Source: a virus. Taken from it: a DNA stretch of 64,000 bases. Below, one piece after another: positions 37,301-47,600 of this stretch. The notes beneath the pieces are model-generated. The model was given only the letters and a program-made list of their open reading frames with translations. It searched no databases and was not told the DNA's origin. The position numbers and the translations under genes are program-made. The number at the start of each line of letters is the position of its first letter. Position 1 is the stretch's first letter. Where the stretch lies: positions 1 to 64,000 of IMG/VR virus record IMGVR_UViG_3300046777_002415, one strand, 5' to 3'.

Positions 37301-40300
37301 GACCACGAATAGCCGGGGTGCCGTAGGCATAGCCCAATGGCTGTACCCGTCCAGAAAAGCCGGACTGCTAAGCAAGAGCAAACCCTACGATTTGCAAACC
37401 CAGCTCGACTATATCTGGGAGGAGTACAACACCACCCAGAAGACCGCGCTGCGGAATATGCGCTCCTCTGGGGACCTTACCGGCGCAGTGGACTCCTTCC
37501 TTTGGGATTTTGAGAACCCTGGTAAGGACGAAGCACATCGCGACAAGCGACTGAAACACGCGCAACGGGTTCTGGCAGCAATGCAAGGATCCGGCGCTGC
37601 TTATGGCTCTAGGCCCATCCCTGCCGCCACCCCTGTGTCAGGCGGCCTGCGCCCCCGCGCATGGGAGGAGTTCAAGTTCATCGACCGTGACGGCAACGGC
37701 GGCGGCGATGTCTTCGGTGTAGAGAAATTCAAGCAGAAGGCCCCGCAGGTCTATCAGGCCATCATCGGCGGGGCCATGAAGTGGGTGGAGGAGCAAGGCG
37801 GCAAATCCTACGTCAAGATCCGTGACATCGGTAGAGGCAGGGACAAAGGCAACCACAGTATGGGGTATGCCGGCGACGTCGAGCTTTACGACGCTCAAGG
37901 CCGGAAGATCCCGAATCTGCGCAACACGGGCAAGCAGTTCCGCGCTTACGAACAGTTCTGGCAGGACGGCCTCGCCTATGCCATGCAACTGGAAGGCCCT
38001 GATGGCAAGAAGCTCTGGGGCCCCGAGCTTGAGAAGTATTTCCGCCACGGAGGGTATTTCACTGACACCTCCAGGGACGGCATGCACGGCGATGTCAGCA
38101 TGTTGTACCCGGAGGAGCGCAAAGCTGCGGGCTACAAACCTGCTGTCCCTGCTGCGGGTGGCAACCTACGCGAGGGTGCCTACCCCTGGTTCAAGAAGCA
38201 GTTCCGCCTCGAATCCCAAGGTATCCCGAACGGGGACTGGAACCAGTACTTCGCGGATCGCTTCCCGGGGCTGGCCAGCCAGATGGGTGCAGTATCTTCG
38301 GCCGGCCCTGATTACACTGGCGTCCTCAGCGGTATCCAATTCCCTGGCGGCATGGCTGCCGACGAGATCAGCCGGTCCCAGAAAGAACTTCGCGACCTCG
38401 ACCTTCAGCGTATCGAGATTCTGGCCAGACGCTCGCGTCTGGATCCCAATATCGATGTCGGTGCCGAGTCCAAGGACATTTCTGCCCGGGCCTACGAGCG
38501 GGACACCAAGGACCAGCAACGGGCGATCGATTCCCTGCGCTCCGGGCTAGAGGCGCAGCAGACATACCTGACCCGCCGGCAGACAGAAATGCTGCCGTAT
38601 GGCCCAGCGGAGGCTGCGGCCAGAAGCGCGGCAGGCCTGCCTTTCGCCCCGAAGGATGAGTTGACCCGCCTCCAATCAGTCAGGGAGGAGCTCGACAATG
38701 TCCAGATAGCTGCCGAGGAAGCCCTTCGCGCCTTGGGCCCCCTCAAATCAAGGATGGAGGATAACCGAGACCAGGCACAGGCTGACCTCAGCGCCGTCAA
38801 CAAGCAACTGGAAGACGCAAAGACCCGCGGAGACGAACAGGCAGTCAAGGCGTTGGAGGCCAAGGCCGGCTACTTCGACGATTACCTGACCGCCCTGAAC
38901 GACAACCTGAAGGGCTGGGACACGCTGACCGCGGAATTCCAGACCCGGGTCAATGAGTCCAGGGCAGCCGTTGCGGCCAACATTCAGGAGCAGCAGAACT
39001 TCGACCCGAGCCTGCTGAACCGGGAGATACCGGTCAAGGTCGTCGGCCCGGACGGTAAAGTCAGGGATGAGACCTTCACCCAATACGGACAATTGGCGCA
39101 AGGCTTCGACGCGAAAGCCATTGCCGCTGACCTGAATGAGCTCTCCTACTCCCTCAAGAACCTCGGACGGAATATCCGTGGCTTCTTCGTCAACGTCATC
39201 GACACCTTCGTCAGCACCGTCGCTGACCGCATCGTCAAAGGCGCGGCCGAGGTCGACACGACGGCGCTGAACGAGGCGAGAGCGAATCTGTACGCGGCTC
39301 AGGCTGATGGAGGTGCAGAAACAGCCAGGCTGCAGGCGGAATTGCGCCAGTACGAAGACTCCACCAAAGGTATGGACACGCCCGGCATTCGGGCGCGTCG
39401 TGCCGAACTGCAGAGCACGTATGCGCAGAGCGCACAGGCACGTTCTGCCGAGGTCAACGCCAGGCAGGCTCAGGTCAAGGAATTGGAGAAGCAGGCCGAA
39501 GGGCCGACCCTTGGAGATGCATTCACAGGGCTGATGCAGGAATTCAGCAGCCAGATGCTGAAGACCGTTCTGCTCATGCCGTTCCAGGGCATCATGGATA
39601 AGTTGGGTCTAGGCCAGAGAGGTTCCCAGGCCAACCCCATGTACGTCAAAGATGTCGACGCGCCCGCCAAGACTGCTGGAGCCGGGGGGTCCGCCGGAGG
39701 GGCATCGACAGGCGGGGTCATGGATTCCGTTCTGGGCCCGCTCAAGGATGTCTTCTACGGCATTGGAGACATGTTCGGGGGGATATTCAGCACCATTACA
39801 GGACTGTTCAGTAGCCTAGGTGGAGGCGGGGGCGGTGGCTGGGGCAATGCCATCGGCTCCATAGTCGGGGCCTTCTTCGCAGAAGGTGGGCCAGTCGGTC
39901 GGCAGCGCGTCACTGGCAAAGTCAAAGGGCCTGGCACCGGCACCTCCGACTCCATCCCCGCCTGGCTGTCCAACGGCGAATACGTCCTGACGGCTGCCGA
40001 GGTCCAGAAGATCGGGGTGCAGAACATCGAGAAGTGGAAATCGGCCATGGCCAGCCCGGCCAAGTTCGCCGCCGGCGGATTGGTTCAAACCTTTGACACC
40101 GCGACCCGCAATCCGGCAAACTACAGTAACGCTGGTGCTACAGGTGGTAGTACCGATGTGACAATCATCGACCAGCGCAGCCAGGCCTCTTCAGAGCCGG
40201 TATCAGTCAACCGCACCCGCGGACCCGACAACAAGGAAGTCATTCAGATCATGGTCAGGGACGCTGTCAAGAACGCCATCAATTCCGGCTATATGGATCG

Positions 40301-40349
40301 CACCATGGCCGCGAACTTTGGTGCCCGTAGGCCCGGAGCCCGCCGATGA
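31317..40349 (+). CDS. Tape measure protein with embedded muralytic domains
   Basis: TP901-like core; AAGIVGNLMQES...GIAQW phage tail lysozyme; C-terminal GPGTGTSDSIPAWLSNGEYV. Confidence 0.92.
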   Translation: MATSLPNEQIEIGIDLLLGKVNDKQLAKGLSDLANRVSEIAAKTSYDPTVKVDIKLGDEKKINQSVAKATKTINDALKDLAPDSEDAGKTVDAYREYFHKLERALSVNTAEYSKTVQANYEALASGNDRVLRKLGDKELAAAVRYGNASNLRNKLLKQALDSSASIFNRVGKEGIPVKPVAVDALDTELKKQADKYRNFNRFIKDSNVEARVQAVENRRYRQDLIKKTQKRNIERLGEDFNFSGVQRAYRKEIGDLLRDQESAPLKGKRGLLSKDQIGKQVQTLEGELKAVQGRYKILFGSTLQDSARAAEAGSTQAEIRYNKAKEQIGKAGLQTTERKVAETLAQKELTTALNGAYQVLKKLAPLGEKESKDAQDRVERLLSEKEALGKLVSARRDDARLRNQRNTLEVNAAKSDEREQKRVRNQRNTLEVNAAKSDEREQKRVRNQRNTLEVQAAKREEQEKIRTRRGTNQLEVQAAKREEQSRQRGLNQRNAIDVRMDKAGFSPDNIASLRERVGALGYRKGTISETLKGMVASNALGVDGAVADLQILKTKLLDVSRAAKDSGIPKLESEFKGLANAVGKAVGQVNKFDKRPPAEDFDAQVRAYRTRQARIEALGTARDALFTQVSSLRSMMSNAQTEGDIKTLRILLAEALTDVRRLGTESKKLGFEEGIDSARRLKKEISEVGDASKTTLKEIKGPTAAELRRAEKERIRAALIAQGEEAFAAVGGIRNYAKIGEGDYHAAQAYAAYTRDTIDKRRPDIVNDPNLTEVQRSKALKDLSKEFNTASKAANYLQAEINGNVGALRQIQLAARNFARYFIVYGGLYQVVGYFQQLARTLVDFQDSLKSTQVIAQATGRDMAGIGEAIRSVASESGDSLRNVAAAAETLAQAGTSVKDIPAALKAVSDFALATGSSMQVAADIITSAKEIFGEDLTFAGAADQLTRAVNISKLRAEDLRTIFNLGAQTAQSSGLSSAQFLGASATLSNLGIKSSTVATGLRQLLLELFNPDEKTIAFLRKRYNEIGERLSDGEIRTRFQGFQSSNNPLLEALGELRRLGAAGSGRDDFRRVLDIRAENVGLPLMQRLDELAKSIAQVSETGAAAAGAADRVNTLKKAIEQLGVKVQLLAEDLVGDLPKSLETLAKSIGDFIDRIRGKQLDLSLSGQESSIDKGTALEGGYVGYALARTRLGRIGSAAVGMLTGATSYLGGKAAEAGDGAKGEVVSQAVQGAAGIAAAIEIVRKLGQYDWIRKLIGLGGKVAAVAKTAETAVEGVVAAAEAAPAAVGILGRLGALLARFNPFIAVASFAFAAYELFDLLREKFKGPGQGANSEAVARALAQQQQQVGEAEAALKQITADNKSSIKAQADEVNKQVLSYSSTLQDIFGKNADEAAKMLEELGSVPLEAGTKRTNDLRARLEAKAPKGLDERKFAELSKARADFTAAQSTLQTLASQQLDKAAKIVREGQENMDESEKKFLEAIDTLKDSPLFKPGAFTPENLVQGLKDLFTLLNIEIKKGEKVLEDAKAKVATTENQQTGLDLRRAFGEGSTPDTRQQFDIFIRKATQNPTPENLAELQRIKAETAKYLQEQIAAAPKDAPIPQDMADRITNLEDVQKKVDEAIKTSSEALMTAEEKKKKADADAAEQKKIDEAKQKRRAAEEDAANLSEEELAILRNRLETEKDEWEEKVKLANKEKRWNDLLKDGGLIDKQYEARVKLAEAEQGLAIRAVRRAADDAGIALPKNVTDLSAKDRVLVKRAEKGPEALARLDQANTALATIKKTRDEAKASILESSKQVIPFTESVAYNDRQIEIRKLKERINDSEKESLSEMLSMIDQLYALEIANIQEEIDHVKSQKSNYGTDEEGQAKYKIALAKAEDRKADAISQLKRQRQAVIDRAEVESLKAEEKSVIAQQKLIVARNKQKAQAPETTRRGVQVLTGVPPQMGGVQTSGISPNAKTAYDYFIRKGLKPYQAAGIVGNLMQESYAQVEPTTTNSRGAVGIAQWLYPSRKAGLLSKSKPYDLQTQLDYIWEEYNTTQKTALRNMRSSGDLTGAVDSFLWDFENPGKDEAHRDKRLKHAQRVLAAMQGSGAAYGSRPIPAATPVSGGLRPRAWEEFKFIDRDGNGGGDVFGVEKFKQKAPQVYQAIIGGAMKWVEEQGGKSYVKIRDIGRGRDKGNHSMGYAGDVELYDAQGRKIPNLRNTGKQFRAYEQFWQDGLAYAMQLEGPDGKKLWGPELEKYFRHGGYFTDTSRDGMHGDVSMLYPEERKAAGYKPAVPAAGGNLREGAYPWFKKQFRLESQGIPNGDWNQYFADRFPGLASQMGAVSSAGPDYTGVLSGIQFPGGMAADEISRSQKELRDLDLQRIEILARRSRLDPNIDVGAESKDISARAYERDTKDQQRAIDSLRSGLEAQQTYLTRRQTEMLPYGPAEAAARSAAGLPFAPKDELTRLQSVREELDNVQIAAEEALRALGPLKSRMEDNRDQAQADLSAVNKQLEDAKTRGDEQAVKALEAKAGYFDDYLTALNDNLKGWDTLTAEFQTRVNESRAAVAANIQEQQNFDPSLLNREIPVKVVGPDGKVRDETFTQYGQLAQGFDAKAIAADLNELSYSLKNLGRNIRGFFVNVIDTFVSTVADRIVKGAAEVDTTALNEARANLYAAQADGGAETARLQAELRQYEDSTKGMDTPGIRARRAELQSTYAQSAQARSAEVNARQAQVKELEKQAEGPTLGDAFTGLMQEFSSQMLKTVLLMPFQGIMDKLGLGQRGSQANPMYVKDVDAPAKTAGAGGSAGGASTGGVMDSVLGPLKDVFYGIGDMFGGIFSTITGLFSSLGGGGGGGWGNAIGSIVGAFFAEGGPVGRQRVTGKVKGPGTGTSDSIPAWLSNGEYVLTAAEVQKIGVQNIEKWKSAMASPAKFAAGGLVQTFDTATRNPANYSNAGATGGSTDVTIIDQRSQASSEPVSVNRTRGPDNKEVIQIMVRDAVKNAINSGYMDRTMAANFGARRPGARR
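32523..32768 (+). repeat. 66-bp in-frame tandem repeats in TMP
   Basis: RNQRNTLEVNAAKSDEREQKRV units, nucleotide-identical copies at 66-bp period. Confidence 0.95.
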
Positions 40350-40765
40350 GTGGCGCTATCGTCGACTGGCCGACCTATATGAATCCGGCTACCAACCAAG
40401 AAGAGCCCGTCCCACCACCGCAGTGGGATGGGCAGCAAATCGATGTGCAGGACATCTTGCTGCGGTCGCAGATGGACTCAGGCCCACCCAAGATTCGCCG
40501 CCGCTTCACCGGGGCGTCGAGGTACCTGACCTGCTCGTTCGTGTTCACGGTCGAGCAGGCCTATGCCTTCAATGTTTGGTACGAGGGCGAGCTTGGTTAC
40601 GGCGCCAATCGGTTCAACTGGATTACGCCCTACAGTAATACGCCTTGTGTGGCCAGCCTCCGCAAGCCTCCGACCGTCGTCCCTGCGTCATCCATCATTC
40701 GCCGAACAGACGGCGGTTACCACACGCTGTGGAAGTACACCTGCGAAGTTGAGATTCACCCATGA
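40346..40765 (+). CDS. Distal tail protein (gpM-like)
   Basis: LRSQMDSGPPKIRRRFT...GANRFNW. Confidence 0.8.
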   Translation: MSGAIVDWPTYMNPATNQEEPVPPPQWDGQQIDVQDILLRSQMDSGPPKIRRRFTGASRYLTCSFVFTVEQAYAFNVWYEGELGYGANRFNWITPYSNTPCVASLRKPPTVVPASSIIRRTDGGYHTLWKYTCEVEIHP

Positions 40766-41280
40766 GAAACGTCTCCCTTGATGGCCTTCGGTCAATGATC
40801 GCCCAGCAGACCGATTCGATATGGGTGTTCGGTGTGACATTCATTCCCGGAGAAGGGGACTCCTACCCCGTCACCCGGTACTGCAACAATACGGAGAACT
40901 TCAGGTTCCCTTATCCGAGCGGCGATGAGTACGTCGCCTTACCTTTCGAGGTGACCCTAGCCTCTGAGAATGAGGAGTCCGTGCCGCAGGCCCGAATCCG
41001 GATTGACAACGTGTCCTTGGTGTTCTCGAACGTCATTCGGAGAACGGATATACCGCCGGAAGTTGAGCTTCGAATCTTCCGCCTTGAAGAGGAAGTGGTC
41101 GACGGTGAGAAGACATGGGTCCCGTATCTGGAGCTAGGGCCATCCGCCTTCACCTTGCTCGGGGCCACCGTCAATTCGGTAACGGTCGAGGGCACCATCG
41201 GCTACGAACATGACATTCTCAACGAGCCGGCAGTGCAACACCGGTTCACTCCGACACAAGCTCCGGCCATGTTCAGCTAA
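40762..41280 (+). CDS. Minor tail protein (DUF1833/gpL-like)
   Basis: YVALPFEVTL...ARIRIDNVS...LNEP...FTP..AP.MF. Confidence 0.8.
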   Translation: MRNVSLDGLRSMIAQQTDSIWVFGVTFIPGEGDSYPVTRYCNNTENFRFPYPSGDEYVALPFEVTLASENEESVPQARIRIDNVSLVFSNVIRRTDIPPEVELRIFRLEEEVVDGEKTWVPYLELGPSAFTLLGATVNSVTVEGTIGYEHDILNEPAVQHRFTPTQAPAMFS

Positions 41281-41678
41281 TGTGGTTCGTAAAGTATCTC
41301 GGCATCCCGTTCGTCGAGCTCGGCAGAGACCGTAGCGGCTGGGATTGCTGGGGACTGGTACGGACTGTCTACGCCGAGGAGCTTGGCATTCTGTTGCCGG
41401 AGTGGTCCTCGCACAAGAGCTCGTTCGACAATGCTGAGATAGAGCGTGAAATCCAAGACGCCCATGCGTACTTCTCGAAGATACCCCAGCCAGAACCCAT
41501 GTCAATCGCATGGTTCAGCAGCCGAAGCATATACGCCCATGTCGGCATAGTTATCGACGCGCAGCGCATGCTGCATTGCACCGCAGGCAAGGATACCTGC
41601 GTCGAATCGTGGCAGCCCCGCCTTCACCAATTGAAAGGATTCTACGTACCCAATGATCAGAATCATCGCCCGGCCTAA
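41280..41678 (+). CDS. NlpC/P60 tail protein (gpK-like)
   Basis: GRDRSGWDCWGL...HVGI...MLH. Confidence 0.9.
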   Translation: MWFVKYLGIPFVELGRDRSGWDCWGLVRTVYAEELGILLPEWSSHKSSFDNAEIEREIQDAHAYFSKIPQPEPMSIAWFSSRSIYAHVGIVIDAQRMLHCTAGKDTCVESWQPRLHQLKGFYVPNDQNHRPA

Positions 41679-44600
41679 TCCGTTTGAATCGGAAATCGTC
41701 TACTGCGACATAAAGCCCGGGCTCAACCTGACCGAGATCGTCGGCCGGAACAACAACAAAGTTCACATTCAGGTCGAGGGTGTCCCGGTACCCAACGAAG
41801 CATGGGACAGTACCTACCCAAAAAGCGGGGAGGTTGTCACTATAACAGTGGTGCCAGGGCTGTTTGGCCTCGAAGGGGTCATAGCGGGTATTGTCGGCGC
41901 AGCCGTCAACGCAGGGGCAACAGCAGGCCTCACCGTTGCTGGAGCTGTAGGGTTGACCGGTACGACCGCCACTACAGTGGCAGCTACCGTGGGTGGTGTG
42001 ATCGGCGGTGCCATAGGTATCGGAGCCATGATCGCTCCGATGATCTTGCCCTTTCTGGTAAAACCCCAGCTGCCATCGATATCCGGCAGTGGCTACACCG
42101 GGCAGACGGGCAGCCGTTTCAGTGTGCTGAACTCCAACAGCAACCCGAACATGCAGTACGGTGTCATCCCGAAGCTGTATGGCGAGTTCAGGATCACGCC
42201 CCCGGTAGCTGGCAATGCCTACACCAGACTCAAGAAGGCAGTCATCGTCGGGCAGCCGGGCACCTATGGCTACGCTGGAACGGAACCCACGCAGACGTAC
42301 CACCTTCTGCTGTGCCTAGGCTACGGGCCTTTAAAGATCGGCGGAGTCTGCATAGGCCCCCAAGGCTTACAAGTAACAGATCCCAGCACAGGTAACGTGC
42401 TCACTTGTCAATCGAAAGCAGGCACGAAAAGCCCTACTCAGCCGATCGACTGTCTGGACCAGGATGCTTTGGCGATTCTTGTAGGGGACACCCCATTCAG
42501 GCAGATACCGGGGTCGCTGTACACGGTCGGAACGGCCAAGGAAATCGTAGGCCTGCTGAACCGAGAGGGATGGGCATCATACCCGGCAGATATCGAAGAG
42601 GATTCCTTATCCCTCACGCTGCCTACCCCCAATACACCTCCGGACGTAGACAGCTCGTGGACTTCCGTGGACGGGGTGTATCAGGTCTGGACAGCTGCTC
42701 CAGATGCGTTGAAGGTTGAGGTCGACATCGTATTCGACGCGCTTTACGCCTCCAGAATGAAGGACGACCCGAATAATCCGGGCCTAGAGGACATGAATGT
42801 CGATGTCGTCTTTCGTGTGCTCTTCAAAAAGTCGAGTGCTGCAGGCACGATCACACGCGAGAAGATTGGAGTAGACCAGTGGGGCGCGGAACAATGGGTC
42901 GTAATAGCGGCTGGTAGTTGGCAGCAATTCACTTCTTTCACCGCGACTGCTCGCTCGAAAGGAGCATGTGCTTGGACGGTCAAAATAGACCTGCCCTCGG
43001 ATGCTGATCCCCCAGCCACTACCTATGACATCCTCGTCATCCGGCAGTCCACTAAATACCCTCGGCCGAACGTCTCCACATCTGCAGCCAATGCTACATG
43101 GATGGCTCTACGCTCGCTCAAGGCAGGCACTGTGTGGGACACCAGCGAAGATACGGGGCTCGACGAGGCCATCCTCATGGCGGTGGAGTTTCAAGCGTCC
43201 AGAGGCTTCAACGGCGGCGTAGATCCGATATCCATTCGGGCTAAGTCCATTGTGCGGCGTCCCGTAGCGGATACATTAGCTGCATGGGGCAGCAACAAGA
43301 ACCTAAAGTGGGTGGTCTCCTCGAGTCCTGCATGGGCTTTTGCCGACGCTTTCATAGGGCCACAACTGCAGGAACCCTTCAAGAAGGACCGCATCGATTG
43401 GCCCGCGCTTATCGAATGGGCCAACTGGTGCGACGGCACTACGAATACATTTATCGACCCAGATACTGGTGAAGTAACCAGAAAGATCACTGACTACAAC
43501 TGGTATCACGTCGAAGAAGAGACCATTCTCGACAGAATTCGCACGATTACCTCTTGCGGTAGAGCAGCATGGAATATCACCGGAGGTCTGTTTTCGGTCA
43601 CACAGGACGCGAATTTTTACCCGGTGCAGCTCCTGTCTCCGAGAAATAGCCGCAATCTGGAGATCACCAAGAGCTACCCAAAGATCCCTAATGCCCTGCG
43701 TGTCAGGTATGTGCATCCGAAGACTTGGCAGCAAGATGAAGTTATCGTTCTCGATGATTACTATCTAAGGAGAGTTAACAACCAATGGGTCGATAACTGG
43801 GGCGACCCACACACCCCCGGCCAAGACGGCTACAAAAAGGCGAAGACCTATGAGGTCCTTGAAACTCAAGGTGTAACCAGCAAGGCGCAAGCCAAACGCG
43901 AGGGCAGGTACCACTTGGCGAACCTGCGAATGCGTCCAGAATTCTTCACCTGCGAAGTCGATTTTGAGCATCTTGTCGCTCAGCGTGGTGACTGTGTCCT
44001 GCTGTCCCATGATGTGTTGTTGCGGGGGTGGGCTTTCGGCCGGGTACTCAAAATCACAGCGCCTACCCAGCAAAGCGCCGAGTACCGAATTGACGTCGAC
44101 ACTGATATCGAGATCAGCGATGACGCCAATTTCGCTGTGCAGGTCAGGTCGATGAACACCGATCCGACTTCCGCGGTCCCTCTGGCGTTTATCGAATTGC
44201 CTTTGAGCAACCCGCCCGGCACCTACCAGCAGCTCTGGGTGTCCAGCAGTCATGCTGCTGAAATCGCCAAGATTGCCGAAGGTGACCTGTTTGTTTTCGG
44301 CCCCCTCGACGAAGACGGGGACCCGACTGGCAGTCTGTTGGCCAAAATCACCCAGATAGACTATCAAGCCGACATGTCGGCAAAGATCACCATGACCTAC
44401 GCTGCCCCGGGTATCCCTGCGGCTGACGACGGCATCATGGATGACGACGGTGACGGCCCGGCACCGAAGGAAATACCCCCGCCGCCACCCTCGTCATTCC
44501 GCCTCCTGATCTCACAGTCGATACCGGATATGACCGTCGACGGGGCCCGCTACACCGTGGACGCAACATGGGAATTGCCGACGACAGGGGTACGGGACAA

Positions 44601-47600
44601 GATCGAGATCGTGGAGGTCACCTACAGGGTGGGTGAGGAAGCGTGGCAGGTTGTCCAGGTCAACCCGACAGCTGGTAATACTTACCCGATCAAGGGCGTC
44701 CCACCAGAGACTCAGGTCACTGGTAAGGCGCGGTGCCTCAATTCTATGGGGGCCTCGGACTACACCGCCGAGTCGACTCTGATTACCCCGTCGCTTAACG
44801 ATCTTCTACCTCAGATGCCCACCAACCTGGACCTTGTCCAGGACGATTATCGGGAGGCCAACGGCCGCATCCGCTATTTCATCAAGGTCAACTGGGTCGT
44901 CAACGGCCTGACAGCAGGCACCGAGATTCAGTGGATACGGTTCGGGGACATCGAAGATCCCGCCAACTGGCCAGATGACAACCGGCTGGGCAAGACCTTC
45001 ATCGATGGCAGTGGTCAGTTCTTCCAGATCGAGAACGTGGACGTCACCATGTACAAGGTGCGGCTGCGGTCGAAGAGCATCATCCCGATCAATGGCGCCT
45101 ACCAGTACTCCGCTTGGGCAGAAGGCTCAATAGACATTCTGGTCTACGACTACCCTCCGGGACCGCCCACCAATCTGCAAGCCAAGTCGACCCCATCGGG
45201 CATCATGCTGACGTGGGACAACCCACTGGACAGCGACTTCGCCGGCATCCAGATTTTCCACAGCACGACCAACAACCGAGAGGGGGATCTCACCAATATC
45301 CCGGTGATCCCGGAAGCTAAACCACTGGCATCGGTAGGGAACCCTGTCAACAGCTACTTCCACGTCCCGGACGACCGCCTCTGGCATTACTATTGGATCT
45401 ACGCCTACGACAGCGAGGACGGGATCCACCAGACCAACAAGTCCTCCTGGGAACGCCCAGGCAACAATGACGGTGTCCGCGGCCGGCAAGGCATATTCGG
45501 CGACGGCCTACCTCCGCCCCCGCCAATCAATCTGGTCCTGTACCCGGACACATGGCAGGTCAGTCTGCAATGGGAGCAGAGTCAGGAGATACCCGACCTG
45601 TACGGTACCCAGATTTACTGGTCCAAGACCAACGACCGGGGTCCCGACGACGCTCTCCTTGCTACCTACCTGTTCGTCACGGATGAGAACTTCGCTACTC
45701 ACCTCGGACTTGAGACCGGAGAAACCTATTACTATTGGATCCGGAACATGGACGTCGAGGACCCACCCCAGTTTTCGACGTGGCTACCAGAGGACCGCTA
45801 CGGCGGTGCGGCGGCGACGGTCCCGCCCGACCCCCGCAAATATCTTGAGCTGCTCAATGGCGCCATCACCGAAACACAGCTGGCGCAGTCACTGCTGGGT
45901 CTGATCAACAGCGACGGGCTGACCGAGAACGCGACCTTCCTGCAGCTGCAGAAGCTGGTCTCGGACATCGAGGCTCGAGTTGTTCTGAAGTTGCAGCAAA
46001 ACTACGAGGGTCTCTCTGAGGTCGCTGCCATTGGCTTCGGTACCGAGGTACAGAACGGCCAAATCGTCAGCCAGTTCTTGGTGCAGGCCGACCGGCTGGC
46101 CATGGGCGCCCCGCAGGTCTTCAACTCGGACGGCATTGAGCTGGTGCCGATCCAGTACGGCTGGGACGACGGCAACTTGCCGGTGGTCTACGATATCGCC
46201 GGCAATGTCATCACCCCTTGCGACCGCTATGGCCAGCCGCTGCCGGCCCATGACGAGACGGCGAAGGGCGCCATCCGGTTGGTCTATGATGAGAATGGCG
46301 AGCGGATGCCGATCTACGGTGCCGATCACGAACTGTTCCCGACACCGCGCTGGGACGGGTTCGTTATCACCACTGAGGAGTACTGGGACGAGAACGGCGT
46401 ACTGATCCCACCCGGGGTCTACATCCGCAATGCCAACATCGCGGAAGCCTCGATCGACGGGGCCAAGATTCAGGCGCATACCATCAAGGCCGACCGGATC
46501 GATGCCAATGGGCTGGTGTTGTTCGACAGTGAAGGTAAGCCTATCTTCGCAGGGGGCGGCGTCGGTGTTGATCTGGAAGCCATGTTCGGCCTTGAACTCG
46601 GCCAGGCCCTGAGAGACCTGAAGGCCAAGGACATCCATCTCTGGATGAAGAACGCGGTCATCGGGGACCTCTACATCGCCGACACGCTGTCATCGGTCGA
46701 CTATTCGCCGAGCTATATCAATGAACAAGGTGAATATGTGCCTGGCACAGGATGGCGCATTCACCGCGGCTCAAATCTAGGGGACCCCTCGACCATTGAG
46801 ACTGACAACCTCGTGGCGAGAGGGACGCTCAGCTCGGACATCTATGTAGCTGGCGCCCAGGGTTGGAAGTTGTTCAAGGACGGCAGCGTCGAGGTCAACA
46901 ACGGGGTGTTCCGTGGCACACTGGGCGCAGAGACGCTGCTGGTCGGGACTGACTTCACGCTGAAACAGCTCAGCGAACAGGTGCTGCTGGCCTCCTTGAA
47001 CATCAGCGCATCTGATCAGTATTTCTCGTTCAACTCCTCAGGGGTCTGCACGAGCGACCTGAATCTGACGATGTTCATCAACAACATCGACAACATCCTG
47101 TGGTCAGCTACCGGGTATCCAGGTGGGGTGCAATTGCAGTTGACAGAGGACGAGGCTAGACCGCGCTATCGGTTCCTGAACAATGAACAGATCAAGAAGG
47201 CCGGTGGGGGCTATTACGACTATATTGAGGTCAAGGCGCAGTTCCAGGACCGCTACGACATCGTCCGCATCTACCCGCTGATCTTCGAAAGCGGCATCGT
47301 CACCGCCGAGCTCTCGAACGCTCGTATCAACTTGGCAGCCGACAGCTCAGGCTACGTCGGCAACTACTCGCTCGGCACTGGGCGCTTTCGAGTCCACCAC
47401 GGTACGACAGAGGTGGCCAAGGCCTCCCTGGCCTTCTCGGTGGTCGGTAGCACCGGTTGTGCCGTCTCGATTGTCAGCGACCCCACCAAGCCCAACCACG
47501 GGGTCTACAAGGTCACGGACCTGACGTCTGCCGCAGCTACCGCAACCCTTCGGGCTACCTACAACGGGGTCAATTACGATAGGACGCTGGATGTTCTGAA

